A DNA stretch of 64,000 nt from Macrostomum hystrix. Lineage: Eukaryota > Animalia > Platyhelminthes. The stretch covers positions 9,052,001 through 9,116,000 of the forward strand of contig CATNEN010000001.1 of NCBI GenBank assembly GCA_950097015.1. The letters are read 5' to 3'. This document shows, piece after piece, positions 9,925 to 21,755 of the stretch. The translations under genes and the position numbers were made by a program. A model generated the notes under the pieces. The model had not been told where the DNA came from, made no database searches, and was given only the letters and a program-made list of their open reading frames with translations. How positions within the stretch are numbered: the stretch's first letter is position 1; each line of letters starts with the position of its first letter.

Positions 9925-11129
9925 CTGCGACGGAGAAAAATTCAAGTCTGTTGCATTGGTTTTAAAAATGAAAAAAAATAGTTTAAAATTAATGATATAG
10001 ACTAGCAATACGCTACCCCCTGGGTTTTATTCATAGCCTCCCCAGGCAGTTCAGATAAGGATGTTTGTACTTTTTCTTCAGAAGGACACAGGACCCGCTA
10101 CTCAGTTTCTCAGTCTCTCTCTCCTAATTTCATTACGCGTCTTATCAAGCAGGCACGTTTTCTCTTGGTATCTCTAAGCGCAAAGTCGCAAATAGATAGC
10201 GTGATTTGATTTGCTTCCTTAAAAAACTATGGAAACTCCGGCCTCGAAATGGTTAACATGATTAGATGAGCTTGCCTGCTCATAGAGATCTCAGGTCACA
10301 CACGATAAGGAAAACTGATACTGAACACCGCCTAATGAAAATCTAGAGGATTTTTTCGTTTCTATCCAGGAAATATTTTTGCAAAAAAAATCTTGGAGTG
10401 TCAGCTGAGATGACTCCAAGATTGAAGACCAGATTCTAGACTGATATCTGTAGGCTTCATCTGACATGCGGAATAATGGGGAAAAAAGTTGAATGGACTG
10501 ACTGCGAGTTGAGCATCGCTTTATGCATGAAAGAAAATTTGATCGAACGCTTTGAAAAATTGGCGTACAGCAGGCGATGGGTCAGCAATCTTTGTCTCCT
10601 GGAATCGTGTTGGCTGAGTGAGTGAGTGAGAGGACTCAAGCTGATACTACAGACCAGCATACATTTCTTTCTGTATCCCTTCTGTCTGCCAGGCCTTCTT
10701 TCCCCAGCTATCCCTCACTCATAGTCCAAAGTCCGTGTTGGCATCTCTCTCTTCGCCTGTGGCATTCCACTGCTGGCTGACACATTTTGTCGAGTTCCGT
10801 GGGCGATGTGTGTCAGTGTGAGTGTGTGTTTGTCCATTGCCGCCCCATTCAATTATGCAAATGAGAGTGGGACAGAGCCACAGAGTCCACAAGATAGATA
10901 TTTGCGACGCGCGTAAAGCTTTTAGACTATTGTCCAGACTGTGAATCAAAAGATGCGCAGGACAGACGGGGGAAAAATAATTAGAGAAACATTGCGTAGA
11001 AGGTCCCGATAAACTCGCCCCTTCCAAAGCCACACTTTGCCTTGAATTAGAAAAACAGCCCCACAGAATAATAACATTTCAGAATGCTAAGTTCATCAGA
11101 GCATCCAGTGTGAAAAGTACGGAGAAAGC

Positions 11130-11720
11130 GTCTCATCTGTCTCTACTGTCTCACCTCTCTACTGTCTTACCTCTCTTCTGTCTCACCTCTCTACTGTCTC
11201 ACATCTCTATTGTCTCACCTCTCTACTGTCTCACCTCTCTTCTGTCTTACCTCTCTTCTGTCTCACCTCTCTACTGTCTCACCTCTCTACTGTCTCACCT
11301 CTCTACTGTCTCACCTCTCTTCTGTCTCACATCTCTACTGTCTCACCTCTCTTCTGTCTCACCTCTCTTCTGTCTCACCTCTCTTCTGTCTCACCTCTCT
11401 ACTGTCTCACCTCTCTTCTGTCTCAGCTCTCTACTGTCTCACCTCTCTACTGTCTCACCTCTCTACTGTCTCACCTCTCTACTGTCTCACCTCTCTACTG
11501 TCTCACCTCTCTTCTGTCTCACCTCTCTTCTGTCTCACCTATCTACTGTCTCACCTCTCTACTGTCTCACCTCTCTACTGTCTCACCTATCTACTGTCTC
11601 ACCTATCTACTGTCTCACCTCTCTACTGTCTCACCTCTCTTCTGTCTCACATCTCTACTGTCTCACCTCTCTTCTGTCTCACCTCTCTTCTGTCTCAGCT
11701 CTCTACTGTCTCACCTCTCT
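11130..11720. repeat. 16-bp minisatellite (TGTCTCACCTCTCTAC)n, related to the 5150-5490 array
   Basis: Tandem units sharing TGTCTCAYCTCTC with the 5150 array. Confidence 0.96.
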
Positions 11721-11734
11721 TCAGAGAGATAAAG

Positions 11735-11855
11735 AATGTCACTCCAGAGTGACAGATAAAAAATGTCACTCCAGAGTGACAGATAAGGAATGTCACACTC
11801 TAGAGTGACAGCCAGAGAATGTCACTCTCCAGCGTGACAGCTAGATAAGTCACAC
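11735..11855. repeat. About 4 copies of a ~26-bp palindromic unit (TGTCACTCCAGAGTGACA)
   Basis: Each unit carries inverted TGTCAC...GTGACA arms. Confidence 0.85.
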
Positions 11856-12454
11856 AGCAGATTTTTCCATGAAGCTTCAGCAGAAACTTGAGCAGTTTGA
11901 TTGAGTGAATTATCCAAGAATCTATGAACCTACCGGGTCTCCAGGGAACATGGCGGACGCAGCATTGCTTCCAATCTGCTGGCAGTGTTCTCCAATTTGT
12001 GGTTTCCTCGGAGTCTCAATTAGGTGGAAGACATGAGTTGAAGTCTTATGCTTGTAGGGAAAGAGGGAGAAAACAGATTGACTTGGATGGGGGGTATACA
12101 GTTATATGAGCGAGCGAACCAAATCCCAATGAGACTATTTTAAGGATACCAATTTCGAAGCAACGAAAAAGCTTCTTTTTCCACCCAAATTCCTTTTTTT
12201 CCTTCTTTACTCGCCGCGAATAATAAGGACTTGTCGTTGGCTCGTTTTCGACCGAGTGTAAATGATCTGCTCAGCAATGCTATATAAGTATATATGCGAC
12301 TGCTTCACTTTTCTTATTTAAATCCCTTTACGGGGCTTTTACTTGAAAAAAACGTTTTCAAAGTAATCTTTGGTTGAGCTCATTGCTGCTTAAAGTAGAT
12401 CGTATCCACTTTAATTCTGACTGATGGCATCAGAGAAGCTTCAGGTGCATAGCT

Positions 12455-13565
12455 CTTCAGGAAAGGCCAATCTTCAGGGAAGGCCAACCTTCAGGGATGG
12501 CCAATCTTCAGGGAAGGACAACCTTCAGGGAAGGCCAATCTTCAGGGAAGGAAAACCTTCAAGGAAGGCCAATCTTCAGGGAAGGACAACCTTCAGGGAA
12601 GGCCAATCTTCAGGGATGGCCAATCTTCAGGGATGGCCAATCTTCAGGGAAGGCCAATCTTCAGGTAAGGCCAATCTTCAGGGAAGGCCAATCTTCAGGG
12701 AAGGCCAATCTTCAGGGAAGGCCAATCTTCAGGTAAGGCCAATCTTCAGGGAAGGACAATCTTCAGGTAAGGCTAACCTTCAGAGAAGGCCAATCTTCAG
12801 GGATGGCCAATCTTCAGGGATGGCCAATCTTTAGGGATGGCCAACCTTCAGAGAAGGCCAATCTTCAGGGATGGCCAATCTTCAGGGATGGCCAATCTTC
12901 AGGGATGGCCAATCTTCAGGGATGGCCAATCTTCAGGGAAGGCCAATCTTCAGGGATGGCCAATCTTCAGGGAAGGCCAACCTTCAGGGAAGGCCAACCT
13001 TCAGAGAAGGCCAATCTTCAGGGATGGCCAACCTTCAGGGATGGCCAACCTTCAGGGAAGGCCAACCTTCAGAGAAGGCCAATCTTCAGGGATGGCCAAC
13101 CTTCAGGGATGGCCAACCTTCAGGGAAGGCCAATCTTCAGGGATGGCCAATCTTCAGGGATGGCCAATCTTCAGGGAAGGCCAATCTTCAGGGATGGCCA
13201 ATCTTCAGGGAAGGCCAACCTTCAGGGAAGGACAATCTTCAGGGATGGCCAATCTTCAGGGAAGGCGAATCTTCAGGGAAGGCCAATCTTCAGGGAAGGC
13301 TAATCTTCAGGTAAGGCCAATCTTCAGGTAAGGCCAATCTTCAGGTAAGGCCAATCTTCAGGTAAGGCCAATCTTCAGGGAAGGCCAATCTTCAGGTAAG
13401 GCCAATCTTCAGGTAAGGCCAATCTTCAGGGAAGGCCAATCTTCAGGGAAGGCCAATCTTCAGGGAAGGCCAATCTTCAGGGAAGGCCAATCTTCAGGTA
13501 AGGCCAATCTTCAGGGAAGGCCAATCTTCAGGTAAGGCCAATCTTCAGGGAAGGACAATCTTCAG
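12455..13565. repeat. 17-bp minisatellite (GGCCAATCTTCAGGGAA)n, ~65 copies
   Basis: Tandem units with GGAA/GGAT/GTAA variants. Confidence 0.97.
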
Positions 13566-14179
13566 AGACCAGGAGTGACTGGTCAAGTGCATATGTACTC
13601 ATAGATTTACGCGCACAAGCAGAAAAGTATTCTAGATGTTAGGAGGAGTTGTCGTGTGTTTATAAATCCTTTTTGTGGTCGACTTACGAAATCTAGACAG
13701 GACAAACTGGTCCATAATTAATGATAGACTTAGTCTACAAGGCAGGCAAACAGGCAAAGCGGGATTAATTTGGTCGTCATCGATCAAAAGAGTTTTTTTA
13801 ACTCACATTGGAACACGGTTACGGAGTGAAGGATCAGAGATTTTGGGTATGGGATTTGATGCCTAGGGAAATGTGACTCGGAGCAAATGTTGTTCTGGCT
13901 AAATTAAGTTAGCGATATGTACACACGTGGTTGTACAATAATTTTTATAGCTCCGTTACTAGGAATTTTGATTTTACAGCTGTGTTCAATCGGAGTCATA
14001 AATTATGGGAAATTCATATTCAGTGGCATGATTATGGTTTCTTAAAAAAGTTTTACAATTTCCTAAAACTACAATTAATATTTTTTTGCACAAAATCCTA
14101 ACAAACTTCATTTATAGCTAGCTAATGCAAATAGAACTGACACTGCTCAGATCCTAGTCTGTCAGTTAACTAAGACAGA

Positions 14180-14745
14180 TTTAGAGTGACAGACTAAGGA
14201 GACTATGAGTGACAGACTAAGAAGATTTAGAGTGACAGACTAAGAAGATTTAGAGTGACAGACTAAGAAGATTTAGAGTGACAGACTAAGAAGATTTAGA
14301 GTGACAGACTAAGGAGATTTAGAGTGACATGCTAAGGAGATTTAGAGTGACATGCTAAGGAGATTTAGAGTGACATGCTAAGGAGATTTAGAGTGACAGA
14401 CTAAGAAGATTTAGAGTGACAGACTAAGGAGATTTAGAGTGACAGACTAAGGAGATTTAGAGTGACATGCTAAGGAGATTTAGAGTGACAGACTAAGGAG
14501 ATTTAGAGTGACTAAGGGAGTCTGGAGTGACAGACTAAGGAGGTTAAGAGTGCCTAAGGGGATCCAGAGTGACAGACTAAGGAGATTTAGAGTGACTAAG
14601 GGAGTCTGGAGTGACAGACTAAGGAGGTTAAGAGTGCCAAAGGGGATCCAGAGTGACAGACTAAGGAGATTTAGAGTGACAGACTAAGGAGGTTAAGAGT
14701 GCCTAAGGGGATCCAGAGTGACAGTCTAAGGAGACTATGAGTGAC
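14180..14745. repeat. 23-bp minisatellite (AGAGTGACAGACTAAGGAGATTT)n
   Basis: Tandem units. Confidence 0.95.
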
Positions 14746-14837
14746 ATATTTTAACCCATTTTAGTCTATCATTCTAATTATCAAAGAGATGCAGATAGAA
14801 GTAACAACAGTGCTCAAATTAAGCGCACAAAACTCAC

Positions 14838-14924
14838 CACTTGCTGCATGAGCAGCTGGTTATGAGCAGTCGGTGACTCGTCAGTCATCTCATGCTGCTC
14901 AATTTGAAACTCCTGCACACACAT
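14838..14924 (-). CDS. TMEM151: Putative first coding exon of TMEM151
   Basis: 'MCVQEFQIEQHEMTDESPTAHNQLLMQQV' ends at a strong phase-0 donor GTG|GTGAGT (14837) that would join 'RPTRL...' in frame. Start codon uncertain (14924 or 14888). Confidence 0.5.
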
Positions 14925-15319
14925 GCTTAGTGTCTTTATCAGTCTCAAAAGATCTGCTTGATCCGCATGGCCGCAGGACTTGCTATATAGCCATCTGCAA
15001 AAGTCGCCAACCTTTCTCGGCAGAGCCAATCAGAACCGAACAAGTAGAAGTCAAATTTGTTTTTTTTGACAAGGGGCTGAGTATATAACAAAATACTTTC
15101 GACACTTACGGTAGAAGCTAGATTTCTTAGGACGAATAAATCTCAATGAATTTGCATTGTGATTTATCAAATATTTTTCCAAGGATTCCATAGATACACA
15201 AATGGACCTAATGGACTCAAGGACTTAAAAAAGAAGTCAGGAAGATTCTTATAGAAATGAATCAAGAGTGAGTGATTTGAATAGCTTCTTATTCGTTATT
15301 GCGCCAGTGAAAGTTTGGG

Positions 15320-16630
15320 TGAGAGAGGTAGCGTGAGAGAGGTACAGTGGGAGAGGTAGGATGAGAGGTAGGGTGGGATAGGTAGGGTGGGAGAGAGTGG
15401 TAGGGTGGGAGAGTGTGTTAGAGAGAGGTAGTGTGGGATAGGTAGGGTGTTAGAGAGAGGTAGTGTGGGATAGGTAGGGTGTTAGAGAGAGGTAGTGTGG
15501 GATAGGTAGGGTGTTAGAGAGAGGTAGATAGGGAAAGGTAGGGTGGTAAAGAGATATGGTGGGAAATGTAGAGTGGTAGAGAGGTAGGGTGAGAGAGGTG
15601 GTGTAAGAGAGGTAGGGTGAGAGAGGTGGTGTAAGAGAGGTAGGGTGAGAGGTGGTGTCAGAGAGGTAGGGTGAGAGGTGGTGTCAGAGAGGTAGGGTGA
15701 GAGGTAGGGTGAGAGAGGTGGTGTCAGAGAGGTAGGGTGAGAGAGGTGGTGTCAGAGAGGTAGGGTGAGAGAGGTGGTGTCAGAGAGGTAGGGTGAGAGA
15801 GGTGGTGTCAGAGAGGTAGGGTGAGAGAGGTGGTGTCAGAGAGGTAGGGTGAGAGAGGTGGTGTCAGAGAGGTAGGGGGAGAGAGGTGGTGTCAGAGAGG
15901 TAGGGTGAGAGAGGTGGTGTCAGAGAGGTAGGGTGAGAGAGGTGGTGTCAGAGAGGTAGGGGGAGAGAGGTGGTGTCAGAGAGGTAGGGGGAGAGAGGTG
16001 GTGTCAGAGAGGTAGGGTGAGAGAGGTGGTGTCAGAGAGGTAGGGTGAGAGAGGTGGTGTCAGAGAGGTAGGGTGAGAGAGGTGGTGTCAGAGAGGTAGG
16101 GGGAGAGAGGTGGTGTCAGAGAGGTAGGGTGAGAGAGGTGGTGTCAGAGAGGTAGGGTGAGAGAGGTGGTGTCAGAGAGGTAGGGTGAGAGAGGTGGTGT
16201 CAGAGAGGTAGGGTGAGAGAGGTGGTGTCAGAGAGGTAGGGGGAGAGAGGTGGTGTCAGAGAGGTAGGGTGAGAGAGGTGGTGTCAGAGAGGTAGGGTGA
16301 GAGAGGTGGTGTCAGAGAGGTAGGGTGAGAGAGGTGGTGTCAGAGAGGTAGGGTGAGAGAGGTGGTGTCAGAGAGGTAGGGTGACAGGTGGTGTCAGAGA
16401 GGTAGGGTGAGAGAGGTGGTGTCAGAGAGGTAGGGTGAGAGAGGTGGTGTCAGAGAGGTAGGGTGAGAGAGGTGGTGTCAGAGAGGTAGGGTGACAGGTG
16501 GTGTCAGAGAGGTAGGGTGAGAGAGGTGGTGTCAGAGAGGTAGGGTGAGAGAGGTGGTGTCAGAGAGGTAGGGTGAGAGAGGTGGTGTCAGAGAGGTAGG
16601 GTGACAGGTGGTGTCAGAGAGGTAGGGTGG
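15320..16630. repeat. 28-bp G-rich minisatellite (GAGAGGTAGGGTGAGAGAGGTGGTGTCA)n with a degenerate left edge
   Basis: Tandem units. Confidence 0.96.
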
Positions 16631-17212
16631 CAGATCGGTGGGTTTTGCGTGGTAAAAAGCAAGCGTATAAACAGGAGCCAATAAATATTGTCGGACACAA
16701 TCAGCAGTTATGATAAATAAGGCATGATATTTATGTACGCAGTCATTTATAACTAATGTCATTATTTAATTGCGCTAACTGTTACTAACAGTAGACCCAG
16801 GGCACACTAGTACGAAAAAGATTCCTTATCTCAATTAACGATTTTCAACAGACCCAATGCATACTCACCAAATAAAAGCACTAAAAGTGGAGTGAGAAGA
16901 GACAGTTGAGACTTTAAACCGCAAAACAGTTTATCTATAATATAGTTAAGGGCACTTATGTGTAAGTTCTTTCAGTTCAGTCCAAGTTCTCATTCCAGTG
17001 TACGAATGTGATCACGAGATATTTTCGCTAAATTTTTTTCTTGTGCGCGTCAGAGATAGGTTAAAATGTGTAATTTAATACTAAAACTCGATCTTAGTAT
17101 GAGTAATTAATCACACATAAATGTATCAATAATATTTCATTACCCAAGAGTAAAAACACAAAAACATTTCAATATTTGTCAATTTATTAATATTCGTATA
17201 GAAAGCAACTTT

Positions 17213-17263
<51 letters not shown>
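17213..17263. repeat. (CAG)n microsatellite, ~17 units
   Basis: Directly visible. Confidence 0.95.
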
Positions 17264-17265
<2 letters not shown>

Positions 17266-17827
17266 TCTTAGTGTTTATTAACGAACGAGAGTTGCAAACA
17301 TTTTGACAAAGAGTAACAAAAAATTCAAAACCATTTTCTAGTACAAAATATGATTTTGAAAAAAAAACTAATCTATCTCTACTGCTTACTGGAATCCAGC
17401 AAGTACGCAATGTACTTTAAAAAGTCCCCTCGAGTTGCAGATTGAAATTCAGATTGCGGCTACAATTGATTAATTTATTGAACTAATTAAATTACAATAT
17501 AAAATGATGCTTTCTAGATTCAAGCAATGTCCCATGCATTCGGTATATTAATAATACTAACAGCCCACAAATATCAGACAGTAGTTATCAACACAGAAAT
17601 TAGTCAAGTAAAATTATAAAGCCGTACAAAATAATGTTTTAGAGCTAATCCAATATTTGTCATGACATAAGCCTAATTGAAATTACTCTCCCACAATCAA
17701 TAAACCTATAAATGACAATGAACTATTAATAATTAGACAATTTATTATCGATTCTCATAGCACCGTAGAAGCATGGTTTCAAATGAGTATAGAGACAATA
17801 ACTCAGATAATCTCATAATAAACAACT

Positions 17828-18455
17828 CCATGACCCGGATCAAAAACATGAGTATGACCGATACTATGACCCAGATCATAAACATGAGCATGACCGATAC
17901 TATGACCCAGATCACAAACATGAGCATGACCGATACTATGACCCAGATCATAAACATGAGCATGACCGATACTATGACCCAGATCATAAATATGACCATG
18001 ACCGAAACTATGACCAAGATCACAAATATGACCTTGACCGATACTATGACCAAGATCATAAATATGACCATGACCGAAACTATGACCAAGATCATAAATA
18101 TGACCATGACCGAAACTATGAAGAAGATCATAAATGTGACCATGACCGATACTATGACCAAGATCATAAATATAACCATGACCGATGCTATGACCAAGAT
18201 CATAAATATGGCCATGACCGAAACTATGAAGAAGATCATAAATATGACCATGACCGATACTATGACCCAGATCATAAATATGACCATGACCGAAACTATG
18301 ACCAAGATCACAAATATGACCTTGACCGATACTATGAACAAGATCATAAACATGACCATGACCGAAACTATGACCAAGATCACAAATATGACCTTGACCG
18401 ATACTATGACCAAGATCACAATCTCGGCAATGACCAACCGAAGACCCAGATCATA
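17828..18455. repeat. 36-bp minisatellite (ATGACCGATACTATGACCAAGATCATAAATATGACC)n downstream of the ABCD3 stop
   Basis: Tandem units giving 12-aa-period spurious ORFs on both strands. Confidence 0.94.
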
Positions 18456-18582
18456 ATTATGGCACTAATCGATTAAACAAAATTTGTTCATAAATCGAAA
18501 AATTGAAATCATGAGGTCATCACAAAATAGATAAAATATCCCCCAAAAAACTACCAGTCATCAAAACAGCTAGCAACAACAT

Positions 18583-18996
18583 TTATGATCCGAATTCTTC
18601 CGTCTTGTCCGTGATTGGCCCGTATTTGAATTCGCCTCGACCGTCCATGTGCATGTAGAATTCGTGATGTTGCCATAGAGATTTGCGATGACTCACAGTG
18701 AACAGGGTGATGTTGTTCTTGCGACAATAAGAGTACAGTTCAGCTTCGACATCGACAGAAACAGCCGACGTGCATTCGTCTAGGATGGCAAACTGTGGCG
18801 CGTGGTAGAATAGGCGGGCCATGGCCATTCGCTGCTTCTCGCCTCCGCTCAGGACGTCGGCCCAGTCCGCAATGGCGTCCCAGCCGCCTTCGCGAGCCAG
18901 GATGTGGCCTAGTTGTACGTGGCCGAGTAGTTCAGACAGGCGCTGGTCTGTTAGACGCTTTCGATGCATGTCTTCGATGGTGTCTGGGTAGATCAC
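18583..18996 (-). CDS. ABCD3: Peroxisomal ABC transporter ABCD3/PMP70, exon 4 (ABC signature and Walker B)
   Basis: Acceptor ccccAG|GTG at 18997. Encodes 'VIYPD...WADVLSGGEKQRMAMARLFYHAPQFAILDECTSAVSVDVE...TLFTVSHRKSLWQHH...EFGS*'. Confidence 0.96.
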   Translation of the reverse strand: MIYPDTIEDMHRKRLTDQRLSELLGHVQLGHILAREGGWDAIADWADVLSGGEKQRMAMARLFYHAPQFAILDECTSAVSVDVEAELYSYCRKNNITLFTVSHRKSLWQHHEFYMHMDGRGEFKYGPITDKTEEFGS

Positions 18997-19074
18997 CTGG
19001 GGAGGGAGGGAAAATGATCCCACGTCACATGACAATATAATACTTGTCGTTTATAATTCATACTTGACTCGTCA

Positions 19075-19466
19075 CAATGATGCCTAAAATCCCAATTCAC
19101 GTGTATCTTCTCAATAATCCCTAAAATCCCACTTCACGTGTATCTTCTCAATGATCCCTAAAATCCCACTTCACGTGTATCTTCTCAATGATCCCTAAAA
19201 TCCCAATTCACGTGTATCTTCTCTCTGATCCCTAAAATCCCAATTCACGTGTATCTTCTCTCTGATCCCTAAAATCCCAATTCACGTGTATCTCCTCTTT
19301 GATCCCTAAAATCCCAATTCACGTGTATCTTCTCTCTGATCCCTAAAATCCCAATTCACGTGTATCTCCTCTCTGATCCCTAAAATCCCAATTCACGTGT
19401 ATATTCTCCCTGATCCCTAAAATCCCAATTCACGTGTATATTCTCCCTGATCCCTAAAATCCCAAT
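19075..19466. repeat. 37-bp minisatellite (GATCCCTAAAATCCCAATTCACGTGTATCTTCTCTCT)n in ABCD3 intron 3
   Basis: About 10 tandem units, each containing CACGTG. Confidence 0.95.
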
Positions 19467-19555
19467 TCTCACGTATTTTCACAATCATCCCGAAATTCCA
19501 AATTTAGATTGTTTATTGTACCAAAATCTCCCCATCGGTCCCCATAAAAACCAAC

Positions 19556-19878
19556 CTGGTCCCTCAGCTTGCCGAGCGGCATGTAGGGCTTCTGCGGAAT
19601 GTAGAACAGTTTGCCGTCAGCTGGTTTAGTTAACCGACCGCCCCTAACAGGCCAGAGGCCGCCTAGAATGCGAAACAGGGAGCTCTTTCCGCAGCCGTTC
19701 GGACCGCAGACGATGACATTGGTGCCGGATCGAACCTCGAGATTCAGGCGAGCAACCAGGACATCGCCAGTCGGTGTCACTAGCGGCACGTCTTCAAACT
19801 TGATGATGTGATCTGCGATCACTACCTGGCCGAATGTGTTCAGCAACAGATTGGCGCTGCTCGACGAGATTGGAATGC
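19556..19878 (-). CDS. ABCD3: ABCD3 exon 3 (Walker A)
   Basis: Phase-1 acceptor catccAG|GC at 19879. Encodes '[18 protein letters not shown]...[20 protein letters not shown]...[18 protein letters not shown]'. Donor CAG|GTTGGT at 19555. Confidence 0.95.
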
Positions 19879-19939
19879 CTGGATGGAGCATTTTTAAGGG
19901 GATAATTTAGTGACAATACTGGCATTTTGAAAACGGGGG

Positions 19940-20397
19940 TCGGTGGCACTACTTCTCTCCTATCTGTCACTCCCTCTCATCTCTACTTCTCTCATATCTG
20001 TCACTCCCTTTCATCTCTACTTCTCTTCTCTGTCACTCCCTCTCATCTCTACTTCTTTTCTCTGCCACTCCGTCTTATCTCTACTTCTCTCTCCTCTCTC
20101 TCGCTCCCTCTCATTGCCTCTCGCAATTAAGTCCCTGAGCTCGATTCCGCAGCGAGGCCACATTTATTTGTCGTGCAATTTACGCCCCAGAGGGCCAACC
20201 TCCAAGGCACAGTGAGAGTGTACACTGCCGGACGATGAGAAAGTAAGGGCAAATGTACACGCCTGTGTGCGGTGCGTGTGTGCTTAGGAGCGAGCGAAAT
20301 GGGCAGAATTGCCCCCTTGCTGGCTGCGGGTCTAGTGTCACCAAATGATGTGCCGTTGCCCACAGACCTCTCGCAATTATTAGTATTATTATTACTA
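19940..20397 (+). mobile_element. tRNA-derived SINE (family A) with internal CT-rich minisatellite, in ABCD3 intron 2
   Basis: GGTGGCAC, then a CT-rich degenerate repeat, then 'cctctcgcaattaagtccctgagctcgattcc...', the family A body and an (ATT)n tail. Homologous to 7610-8178. Confidence 0.8.
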
Positions 20398-20434
20398 TGG
20401 TGTAGACGAAAAGTAAGTGCAAATTATAACATAC

Positions 20435-20739
20435 CAGCTGGTTTAGAATCTCCGCTAGTTGATTTGCCAGCAGAAGAGGCCGCCACCGCCGCCGCGGCTG
20501 CGGAAGCAACGGCGGCCACAGCAGGAGTTCCGGAGCGCACAGCGGCGCGTTGAAATTGTCCCTGGGACACTTCGTCAAGCACAGTGTCCAGCTCGTGTAT
20601 TCTAGCGGTGAAGCCAGCTAGCCTGGTTAGCTCGCGTCCAGATAGAACAACTCGACCAACGGCTTCGGCCATTCGCACCAGCATGCGACCACTCTGGTAA
20701 TACTCTTCGAGTAGTTCAGCGTGCGAGCTACTCGCGTAT
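20435..20739 (-). CDS. ABCD3: ABCD3 exon 2
   Basis: Phase-2 acceptor cgcccAG|A at 20740. Encodes 'YASSSHAELLEEYYQSGRMLVRMAEAVGRVVLSGRELTRLAGFTARIHEL'. Donor G|GTATGT at 20434. Confidence 0.95.
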
Positions 20740-20939
20740 CTGGGCGTTTCAGAGTTGTTTGGGAAATATCAGAATATATAAATATATAAATATTGCAAAT
20801 ACATATCAGAAATGTATTTGCAAGCCATGTACTATTCTTTCAAAAATTCTTCGATTACAAATCCTAGGATCTCGTTTGATCCTAAATCCCAGAATCATTA
20901 TACCCCCTAATACTGGATCATGATGATGATTATATTGCT

Positions 20940-21420
20940 TACCCCTGGATCCTTCGATCCCTAATCCCTGGATCCTTCGATCCCTAATCCCTGGATCCTT
21001 CGATCCCTAATCCCTGGATCCTTCGATCCCTAATCCCTGGATCCTTCGATCCCTAATCCAGGGATTCTTCGATCCCTAATCCCTGGATCCTTCGATCCCT
21101 GGATCATTCGATCCCTGGATCCTAGCCACATCTTTCGATCCATAATCCCGGGATCTTTCGATCCCTAATCCAGGGATCCTTCGATCCCTAATCCAGGGAT
21201 TATTCGATCCCTAATCCCTGGATCCTTCGATCCCTGGATCATTCGATCCCTGGATCCTAGCCACATCTTTCGATCCATAATCCCGGGATCTTTCGATCCC
21301 TAATCCAGGGATCCTTCGATCCCTAATCCAGGGATTATTCGATCCCTAATCCAGGGATCCTTCGATCCCTAATCCCTGAATTTTTTTGATCCCTAATCCC
21401 GGAATCCTTAAACCCCAAAT
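20940..21420. repeat. 23-bp minisatellite (GATCCCTAATCCCTGGATCCTTC)n in ABCD3 intron 1
   Basis: Tandem units with an internal block duplication. Confidence 0.93.
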
Positions 21421-21755
21421 CCAAGAGTCCATCGATCTAAAATTTTAGGATTGCTAGAAACATAATACAACGATGATTTATCCCCCTAATTCTAGGATCG
21501 ATTGATAGATCTTTAAAAATCGTTAGATTCTGAAACTCAGTCTCAGTATTCTTTAATTATTTTAAGCAGCCTTCTATCCCTAATCCCTGGATTTTTATCT
21601 CTAATCCCAGGATCCTTTAATTACTAATCCATAGGAGCGGCATTTTTTTATTGTAAATTATCACGGGATTTTTTTCGAATCCCGAAATCTTAGTCCTCAA
21701 GGTTAGGTTAACAAACCAACAAAGATTTAATCAGCCTATTGAAACATTTTCTCAC

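Noticed and set aside
20940-21420. Interstitial telomeric repeat
   Set aside because: Only one CCCTAA per 23-bp unit, not tandem (TTAGGG)n.
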